Positions 51,109 through 59,300 of a stretch of DNA of 64,000 nt are shown piece by piece; position 1 is the first letter of the stretch, and each line of letters opens with the position of its first letter. Both the position numbers and the translations under genes were made by a program. Below the pieces are notes generated by a model that was given only the letters and a program-made list of their open reading frames with translations, had not been told where the DNA came from and made no database searches. Location of the stretch: contig CAXXWX010000017.1 in NCBI GenBank assembly GCA_963675745.2, positions 32,001 through 96,000 of the forward strand, read 5' to 3'. The DNA comes from Phycisphaerae bacterium. GTDB lineage: Bacteria; Planctomycetota; Phycisphaerae; UBA1845; Fen-1342.

Positions 51109-52607
51109 GCCTACCCGGACTGCGACTTCATGCACGGCGACATCAACGGCGACGGCTACGTGAACACCTTTGACACCTTGAGCGGCGTCAAAGGCAGGCC
51201 GGCGACATCGACGCATTTGTCAGACTGACGTCGGCGGTGGGCAGCTTCCGGGCGATGCGTTACGTCTATGACGGCGAGAACCGCCTGATCGAAGCCCGTG
51301 ACGCCTACCCGGCGCTCGCGAGCCACACCAAGGCCGAGTACGAATACGACTATCTGGGCCGGCGGATCGCGAAGATCGTGTACAATTGGAACACTGGTAC
51401 GTCGGCGTGGAACGCCACGGCGACGGTGCATCGCAAGTTCATCTACGACGGCTGGCGGCCGATCATGGAGCTTGACGCACTTGATGATGATGCGGTGATC
51501 CGCAGCTACACTTGGGGACTGGATCTGTCTGGTCTTGTGGGATCGATTTCCAACCGGTCAGGCCTCGACGGCGCCGGCGGCATCGGCAGCCTGCTCGCCA
51601 TCAGCGACCCCAATGACCCCAACGACCCGCACGGCGACTTCGTCATCTTCCACGACGCCACCATTGACAGAACTACGTCCTGTCAAAGGCAGGCCGGCAA
51701 CGTCGGCCACCTCTTCAACCTGAGCCTCTCCGACCCGAACGACCCGAACACGGCGTCGGACGCCATCGTCGCCCACTACGAATACGACCCCTACGGCAAC
51801 GCAGTCACCACGACCGGCGACTACGCCGACGAAAACCCCATCCGCTTCAGCACGAAGTACTGGGATGACGAGACGGGCTTCGGGTATTGGGGCAAGCGCT
51901 ACTATGATCCGCGGCTTGGTAGGTGGACGACGCATGATCCGATTGGGATGCGCGGAGGACGAAATCTCTATGCCTACGTTGGAAACTCCCCAATTCACAA
52001 ACGCGATCCGGACGGCAGAGAGATGGCCAAAGAACCACCGCGGTCTTCTGCTTGCGGGGAGTTTTGCAATGAGCATTACCCCGATGAGTCGCTGGCACAA
52101 GCCTGTCTAGCGGGTTGTGAGAGGGGCTGGGCGGCGCCCACTTGGAAGGACTGCGCGAATCACTGTGAAGCGGAGCATGGTTCGGAAAGGGGTGAAGCAT
52201 ATAACGCATGCTACCAGGGCTGCATGTCGGGAGCGCCCGACCTATACACTCCCGTGGTGTGCGACCGTATTTACCATATCGTAGGCCATGGAACGAAGAC
52301 TGGCAGTGTGGCCTTAGATGACGGCACTACGGTGGACGCGGCGTACATGGCGAAAGTGGTATGTCCCAAGCTGTGCTGGGGTGCCAGAGTTGTATTTTGG
52401 ACGTGTTGGACCGGCGACAACACCACGGCGGTCGAAAACCTGTTGCGCGCATGCCCGAAGATCAAGAAAGCCGTGGCATGCACCAAGAACCTCACTACAT
52501 ATGATTTCACTCCGTTCTATTGGTGTAGTGGGCAATGGAAGACCATACCCAATCCAGGCTATCGGCCGCCGGAGGACTTCGCCATTGCTGAAGGAGGTAG
52601 TCCATAG
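51109..52607 (+). CDS. Rhs cassette 1 (5'-truncated): half dockerin-like module, Rhs core, Cys-rich C-terminal toxin-like domain
   Basis: YPDCD..GDINGDGYVN[insert]GDIDAFV runs into YVYDGENRL, YDYLGRR, YEYDPYG, RFSTKYWDDETG..RYYDPRLGRW..DPIG, DPDG. Confidence 0.88.
51167..51199. mobile_element. 33-bp hairpin insertion, copy 1
   Basis: CCTTTGACACC-TTGAGC-GGCGTCAAAGG-CAGGC interrupts the VN.GDIDAF motif and shifts the frame. Confidence 0.7.
51661..51694. mobile_element. 34-bp hairpin insertion, copy 2 (frame preserved)
   Basis: CCATTGACAG-AACTACGTC-CTGTCAAAGG-CAGGC splits the expected DA(N)GNV Rhs motif. Confidence 0.7.
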
Positions 52608-52611
52608 AGAT

Positions 52612-53151
52612 ATGACATCACTCAAACCGAAGGCATCTTCTGGTAACCGCGCAGTTAACATCAAGGCGTCGGGGGAGGCCCAATGGGGCCGAGGCAGACT
52701 TCTGGTGACCCTGCTTGGAAGCGCAGGAGCTGTCGCGATCGCGTTGGTTGTCTATAATTGCTGGAACGACCGTCGCGATGACCGATGGCTCTATAGAAGC
52801 ACCGTTGTGCTCAGAGGTGAGACGTCGGGTGAAGGTCTGACTCTCCATGCGCACAGGCCGGACCGGCAGATGGCACACATAATCGATGTATATCCCGAAG
52901 GATCCCCCGAAAAGGTCGCGGAGCTTCACACGGACACGAAGGAGTGGTCCTGGCTGGGTGCGTCCGAGTTTCATGCTCTGACGGAGGACAGCTTGCGCCG
53001 GTGGTTTTCTACCGGCCCGGCGGCGACGGACGCCAATGCGCTGGCGGAAGCGCTGATGCACATTGTGGCCGGGTTTGACGAAGAACGCGACTTGTGGAGC
53101 GCAAGCGAGGATGTGACGGGCGTAAGTGTGGCGCGTGTCGAGTGGGACTAG
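52612..53151 (+). CDS. Single-TM hypothetical protein, candidate immunity/accessory protein for cassette 1
   Basis: Starts 4 bp after the Rhs stop, AAGGAGGT upstream, one hydrophobic helix. Confidence 0.6.
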   Translation: MTSLKPKASSGNRAVNIKASGEAQWGRGRLLVTLLGSAGAVAIALVVYNCWNDRRDDRWLYRSTVVLRGETSGEGLTLHAHRPDRQMAHIIDVYPEGSPEKVAELHTDTKEWSWLGASEFHALTEDSLRRWFSTGPAATDANALAEALMHIVAGFDEERDLWSASEDVTGVSVARVEWD

Positions 53152-53152
53152 C

Positions 53153-54868
53153 ATGACCAGGCCTACGGCCGGCAGCTTGTTCGCGTATGCGTACGACAAC
53201 ATCGGCAACCGGCTGACGCACGAGGACAATCGCGACTGGGAATACACCGCCAATGAGCTGAATCAGTACGATGCCGTCGAGACGGATGATGGCAACACGT
53301 TGGTGATCGCCGAGGGGTATCGGTTCGACGAGGATGGGAATCTCGAAGAGGCGTTCGTCACCGGCGACATGAACTGCGACGGGTTGGTGAACAATGGCGA
53401 CACCGACGCGTTTGTGCTGGCCTTGATGTACGGCTGTGCGACGTACGCCACGTATTACCCATACTGCGATTGCCTGAACGGCGACTTCAACGGCGATGGG
53501 CAGGTCAATAACGGCGACCTCGACCCGTTCGTGGCGGCCTCGGGCAACCAGAGCCGCGACTACATCGCCCGGCGGTACGTCTACGACGGCGAGAATCGGC
53601 TGATCGCGGTTGAACCGACGGCCAATCGCGACGCCGCCACCGTGCGTTATACTTACGGGTATGATTACCTGGGTCGGCGGATCTGGAAGGCGACGGAGCC
53701 GTGGGATCCGAACGCCAGCGGCGGTGCCTGGGATCCGAACAACCCGACCGCGCTGACGAAGTTCATCTACGACGGCTGGCGACCGCTCATGGAGCTTGAC
53801 GCACTTGATGATGATGCGGTGATCCGCAGCTACACCTGGGGCCTGGACCTGAGCCAGTCGCTGGATGGTGCTGGCGGCATCGGCGGCCTGCTCGCCATCA
53901 GCGACCCTGACGACCCGAACGACCCCAACGACCCGCACGGCGATCTTCTGGTCTTCCACGACGCCACCATTGACAGAACTACGTCCTGTCAAAGGCAGGC
54001 CGGCAACGTCGGCCAGCTCTTCGACCTGAGCCTCTCCGACCCCAACGACCCGAACACGGCGTCAACGGCGATCGCCGCCCACTACGAATACGACCCCTAC
54101 GGCAACGCCGTCACCACCACCGGCGACTACGCCGACGAAAACCCGATTCGTTTCAGTACGAAGTACTGGGATGATGAGACGGGGTTTGGGTATTGGGGTC
54201 ATCGGTACTATGATCCACGCTTGGGGCGCTGGACGACGCATGATCCGATTGGGGAGCAGGGCTGGGCGAACTTGTATGCAGCTTTGCGCAACAACGCGTT
54301 CGCCTGGATTGACCCCGACGGTGCTGAGGAGCATCCGCCGACCAGCCAGCCTTCGAATCCACCGACCACGCAACCGTCGCCACCTATGAAGACCCCTGTA
54401 GAACCGACACCGGAGCCGCCGTGGCGCACGCCAGCGCCGCCCAAATGGCGACACCTAAAACCGCCGACTGTCAAGTACAGGATGTGCGGCTGCCACACCG
54501 GAGACAATGGCAACGACCCGGGCTCACCGATCATCGACTCAAAGTGTTGTAAAGTAGTGGACATCTATGGCCATGGCACCGAGGATCAGGGACCAACATA
54601 TGATGATAACAAGAACTACTTCAGCGGCCTGTATTTCGCGGGCATCTGTCACAGGCTATGCCCCGGAGCCACAGTGAATCTCAGGGTCTGCTACGGCGCG
54701 ATGAATAAGCCCGAACGCGATGACGAGCTTCGGCGATACGCTCTTCCTTGCCCGAACATCAAGGAAATTTGTGCCAGCACTGGGAAATACTACGATGCGC
54801 CGTTGTGGCCCGATTGGTACGATGGTGACTGGCGGTGCGTCAGCGTGAATGAACATGTGGCAAGATAG
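53153..54868 (+). CDS. Rhs cassette 2: YD repeats with an intact internal dockerin-like module, Rhs core, Pro-rich linker and Cys-rich C-terminal domain
   Basis: YAYDNIGNR, YTANELNQY, FDEDGNL, GDMNCDG..GDFNGDGQVNNGDLDPF, YVYDGENRL, core DPIG/DPDG. Confidence 0.92.
   Translation: MTRPTAGSLFAYAYDNIGNRLTHEDNRDWEYTANELNQYDAVETDDGNTLVIAEGYRFDEDGNLEEAFVTGDMNCDGLVNNGDTDAFVLALMYGCATYATYYPYCDCLNGDFNGDGQVNNGDLDPFVAASGNQSRDYIARRYVYDGENRLIAVEPTANRDAATVRYTYGYDYLGRRIWKATEPWDPNASGGAWDPNNPTALTKFIYDGWRPLMELDALDDDAVIRSYTWGLDLSQSLDGAGGIGGLLAISDPDDPNDPNDPHGDLLVFHDATIDRTTSCQRQAGNVGQLFDLSLSDPNDPNTASTAIAAHYEYDPYGNAVTTTGDYADENPIRFSTKYWDDETGFGYWGHRYYDPRLGRWTTHDPIGEQGWANLYAALRNNAFAWIDPDGAEEHPPTSQPSNPPTTQPSPPMKTPVEPTPEPPWRTPAPPKWRHLKPPTVKYRMCGCHTGDNGNDPGSPIIDSKCCKVVDIYGHGTEDQGPTYDDNKNYFSGLYFAGICHRLCPGATVNLRVCYGAMNKPERDDELRRYALPCPNIKEICASTGKYYDAPLWPDWYDGDWRCVSVNEHVAR
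53967..54000. mobile_element. 34-bp hairpin insertion, copy 3 (identical to copy 2)
   Basis: Same sequence and position as 51661-51694. Confidence 0.7.
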
Positions 54869-55652
54869 TGCTGATCACCATCATCGTACTGGCCCGTGGC
54901 AGCAGCTGGCGCCACTTCACGTGTTGCTATTCTGGTCGCTATTGTGTCTGTCTTGTGCATTCAGTACGTGCGAGTTTGCTGGTGGTCGTGTAGGCCAGAA
55001 TGGCGACCCATGGGCAAAAGGATATTCCATGAGAATCGCCACGCAACCAAACATGCAGGGCCGTGCCCACTTTGCCACATCACAGCGTGATCCGGGCGCC
55101 ACTGTCATGTACATAGAATACGGCCTCGACACGATGTTAGTCGAGTACGAGATTGATCGCACGGGGGCGGGATGCTATAGGGTGCGTGATACAGCATCGC
55201 GTGCGCTATTAGAAGGAGAATTCGAGGAGCTCATTCCTAGAGCACAAACTGACATTGCTGCTGTGGTTCCGGACACACGACCGCCACGAGTTCGTAGTTG
55301 CGCTGAGGGACTCGCCAGCATTGTGGCGTTGATCTGGTCAGACTCGATTACTAATGGGTATGCCAGCGATCACGGTGTAACGGCGGTTCTGCTCCGCGGA
55401 GGTAAACGCCAACGGCCAGTGCTGTGGGCGCGTGTGTTCCTGGGTACACTATGGATGGTCGGCTGCTTGGTTGTTTGGAGGTGGCATTTGCGAAGGTACA
55501 GGCGTCGGGCAAATCTCTGCATGAATTGCGGGTACGATCTGCGCGCATCACCCACGCGATGTCCTGAGTGCGGCACTGAAATCGGCACGCTACGGATGCC
55601 GTTGAGTTCGAACTCTGCGGCTGGCGAATCGCGTCAGCGAACCAGAGAATGA
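54849..55652 (+). CDS. Two-TM hypothetical protein with C-terminal zinc ribbon, candidate immunity/accessory protein for cassette 2
   Basis: Overlaps the Rhs stop. Two hydrophobic segments and CMNCGYDLRA...CPECG. Confidence 0.7.
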   Translation: MNMWQDSADHHHRTGPWQQLAPLHVLLFWSLLCLSCAFSTCEFAGGRVGQNGDPWAKGYSMRIATQPNMQGRAHFATSQRDPGATVMYIEYGLDTMLVEYEIDRTGAGCYRVRDTASRALLEGEFEELIPRAQTDIAAVVPDTRPPRVRSCAEGLASIVALIWSDSITNGYASDHGVTAVLLRGGKRQRPVLWARVFLGTLWMVGCLVVWRWHLRRYRRRANLCMNCGYDLRASPTRCPECGTEIGTLRMPLSSNSAAGESRQRTRE

Positions 55653-55939
55653 CGGCCGAGAGGCGTGCTGCACCGGCACCGACCCGAACGACGCCGATCC
55701 GAATGACGCCGTGGCTGGCGAGCAGTTCGATTATGCGTACGACAGCATCGGCAACCGCCTGACGCATGAAGATGACCGCGATTGGGAATACACCGCCAAC
55801 GAGTTGAACCAGTACGACGCCGTCGAGACGGATGACGGCAACACGCCGGTGATCGCCGAGGGGTATCGGTTCGACGAGGATGGGAATCTCGAAGAGGCGT
55901 TCGTGAACGGCGACATGAACTGCGACGGGTTGGTGAATA

Positions 55940-55972
55940 CCCTTGACACCTTGAGCGGCGTCAAGGGCAGGC
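55940..55972. mobile_element. 33-bp hairpin insertion, copy 4
   Basis: CCCTTGACACC-TTGAGC-GGCGTCAAGGG-CAGGC. Absent at the homologous site near 53393. Confidence 0.75.
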
Positions 55973-56088
55973 CGGCGACACCGACGCGTTTGTAATCGCC
56001 CTGATGTACGGCTGTGCGACGTACGCCACGTATTACCCGTACTGCGATTGCCTCAACGGCGACTTCAACCGCGATGTGCAGGTCAACA

Positions 56089-56121
56089 CCTTTGACGCCT
56101 TGAGCGGTGTCAATGGCAGGC
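56089..56121. mobile_element. 33-bp hairpin insertion, copy 5
   Basis: CCTTTGACGCC-TTGAGC-GGTGTCAATGG-CAGGC. Absent at the homologous site near 53510. Confidence 0.75.
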
Positions 56122-56303
56122 CGGCGATCTCGACCCGTTCGTGGCGGCCTCGGGCAACCAGAGCCGCGACGTCATCTCTGGCGGACGACGGCTTCTTGAA
56201 ACGCCGCGATTGTTTGCCGGTGAGGCTGTAGCCAGGCCCGGTCAGGCTGTGATCGGCATGGTCCGTCCGGGCCAGGATTAAAAAAAGCAGGGGCCGACGA
56301 TCA

Positions 56304-56336
56304 GGGGGCATGTTCGCCCCGTGAACATCGGCCCCC
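56304..56336 (-). terminator. Hairpin downstream of the large repeat protein, possible terminator
   Basis: GGGGGC-ATGTTC..GAACAT..GCCCCC inverted repeat, with a T run on the minus strand near 56280-56286. Confidence 0.45.
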
Positions 56337-56368
56337 TGCACCTTCGGCTCCCCTCGTGTGATTCCCTA

Positions 56369-59300
56369 TCAGCGGGCCAATAGCTCGACGAACGCGTCGA
56401 TATCTCCATTGTTGACAAAGGTATCCTGGTTGATATCGCCCAGGTTGATGTCGCAGCCGGGGTAATTCGCGGCGTAGGCGTCGGGGTCAGAGATTGCCAT
56501 CACAAACGCGTCGATGTCGCCGTTGTTGACCCAGCCGTCGCAGTTAAGGTCACCCAACTCGTACTGCTGGTCGATCACCTCCAGGTTGACGCCGGTCGCC
56601 GCGTATGCCACGCGCCAATAGAGTCCCTCCGGCAGTGTTGGCAACTGGGTTTGATCGAACTCCCCCGAGCGGCTGCCGCATTCCACGACGGCGAAGCCGT
56701 CGCCGAGGCCGGGTACAAACCCGTCAACCAGGACGACGGCCAGCTCACCGCCGAGGATGGCACTGCCGGTCACGTCGAGGACACAATATTCGTCGCCGGC
56801 GGTCGTGCCGCCGAGCTCAATCCAGAGCGTGCCGTTGGCCTGTTGCTTGAAATCGCCCTGGACGTTCAGGGTGCCGGTGAGGATGTCGTCGTTGATCGAG
56901 CCGCCGGGGTAAACCGCTCCGTCGCCGTTCACAACGGTGCCCGTGATGAGCCCCGTGCCTCCGAGGTGGGCGCCGGGGCCGAGGTGCAGCTCGCCCGCCG
57001 GCACGCTGTTGGGATCAACGCCCAGCGCAGCGCGGCCGTCGCCGACGTCGATACTCGCAGCGCCCGCGCGACCGACCATCAGAACCGGCGTTTCGAACGT
57101 GGAACCCGTGCCGCTCAGCGTCACGTGTCCGCCGGAGCCTTCCTGCAAGCCGAGGAAGCAGGCGGAGTTGGCGTTGAAGTGGCCGCCGTTGGCGATGCTC
57201 AGCGTGGCACTGCCGGCGTCGCCGAGCTTGCTTGGGTAGGCGCTGGCACTCTCGTATTTCGAGCCGAGGCCGTCCACGGTGATGTTGGCGACAGCGCCCG
57301 CTTGTGAACCGGCAAACAGCTCGCCGTTGGAGTATGCTTCCGACCCGCCGAGAATGCTCAGAGCGCCCTGCCCGCTGTTGCCGACGACTATCGGCGCGAG
57401 GTCCGCGCTCAGCAGGCTGCCGCCATCAACAGTCACTGTTCCATCCGAGCCGGCGATGTCGCCGACAATGATCCAGCCGGTGTAGTCGAGCGTGCTGACG
57501 GTGGCCCCGCCGCCGACTTCGAGCGCGCCGGTCCCCCAATAGCCGATCCGCAGGCCTTCGGTCGTCGTCAGCGTCGAACCGGCCCCATCGACAATCACAT
57601 CGCCGTGACCGGTGGTCGCCACGCCGGCCTCGAGCCAATGTGCCACGCCGGCGGCCTGCCCTTGAATCGTCAGGCTTCCAATACCCTGGTTGCCGACCTG
57701 CATACCCTCGGTTGTGCTCAAGACGGTACCGGCGCCGCTGGCGGTGAGTTCACCGTCACCGGTGGTGTCCCAGCCGATGATCAACGACTGTGCCGCCACC
57801 GATGCGGTGCCGGCGACGTCGAGCGCAGCCTGGCCGGCCACGCCGACGGCGATTGTGTTGGTCGCCATGAGGGAAGTACTGTCGCCCGTCGCGCTGCCGT
57901 CTCCGGACCCTGTGCTGCCGCGTCCCAGGTAAATCCACGCCGCATTGACGCTGGCGCCCTCGGTGAGGGTGCAGGTACCCTGGCCATCCCAGCCAACCGT
58001 CAGGCTGTCGCCGATGGTCGCCGTTGAGTCGTCCCCGCTGACGCTGAATTCAGCAACTCCGATCTGGTTACCGCCGACCACGATCTGGTTGGCGTCGATG
58101 GCGCCGCCATCGCTGGCGGTAAGCGCGCCGCTACCCTGATAGCCGACTTCGATCGAGTTAGTCACGTCAAGCCGGGAACCGCCGTTTGCCACCGACGTCG
58201 TGCCGTCGGCCGTCTCGGCCAGGCCGATGTTCATCCAGTCGGCGGAAGCCGCGCCACCGCCGAGGATGCTGAGCGTGCCCTGGCCGCCGTCGCCGACGTT
58301 GAGGTAGTTGTCAGTCGCCAGCGACGATCCGGCACCAGTGACGGTAACGTCGGCGGTGGCGGTGTCGAACCAGGCGATCCTGATCGTGTTGAGCACATCA
58401 ACGTTGCCGCCGTCCGCGACCGTCAGTGTCGCGGTGCCGCTGAGCCCGAGGTTCAGCGTGTTTCCGACGTCCAGCAGGGAGTCGGCGCCGGTGATGGTCG
58501 CCTCGCCGTCGCCAGTCGCGCTGTAACCCAGATCGACGTTCTCGGCCTGCGCCGTCGAGCCGCCGCTGATGGTCATCGTGCCGGTCGCCTGATCGCCAAT
58601 GCCCATCGCTGCTCCAATGGCCGAGATGGCGGCGCCGTTGCTGATGGTGGCGGTGCCCGGGCCGTACCGGCCAACGCGGATCAGCTCGTCGACCGTGAGC
58701 ACAGAAGGTGCATCGGCCACGTTCAGCGTCCCCACGCCGGTCGTGGATGAACCGATATTCATCTCACGCACGTCCAGTGATCCGCCGTTCAGCACGTCGG
58801 CCCGACCTTGGCCGCCGTCACCGACATAGATGAGGTTGTCCGTTGCCAGTGATGACTCGGCATCGGTGACCGTCAGTTGTCCCGAGCTGCCCTCGAACCA
58901 GGCGAGGCGGATCGTGTTCAGCACGTTGACCGCACCGCCTGTGGAAACGGTCAGTTCGGCACTGCCGTTCTGTCCGAGGTTCATCGCGTTGCCGACGTCC
59001 AACATGGAATCAGTGCCGGTGACAGTAAGGTCACCGTCGCCGGTCGTGCCGCAGCCCAGATCGACGACCTCGGTTTGCACCGATGAGCCGCCGCTGACGA
59101 TCATCGTGCCGGTGGCCTGATCGCCGACAACGAGCCCCGCGCCGGAAGCGGAGACGGTTGCCCCGTTGCTGATGGTCGCGGTGCCGGGGCCGCCCTGGCC
59201 GACGCGCATCGTGTTTGCCACCACCAGCTCCGACGACGCATCATCGACGGTGAGTGTGCCCTCGCCCGTGGGGCTTACGCCGACATTCACCTCCTGGGCC

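Larger units (their letters stand above)
55670..56170 (+). pseudogene. Rhs cassette 3 remnant, near-copy of the start of cassette 2, broken by two hairpin insertions and truncated
   Basis: YAYDSIGNRLTHEDDRDWEYTANELNQY..GDMNCDG matches about 53170-53560. Similarity stops after AASGNQSRD. Confidence 0.85.

Noticed and set aside
53170..56170. Diversity-generating retroelement template/variable repeat pair
   Set aside because: Differences between cassettes 2 and 3 are not adenine-specific, and there is no reverse transcriptase in the window.
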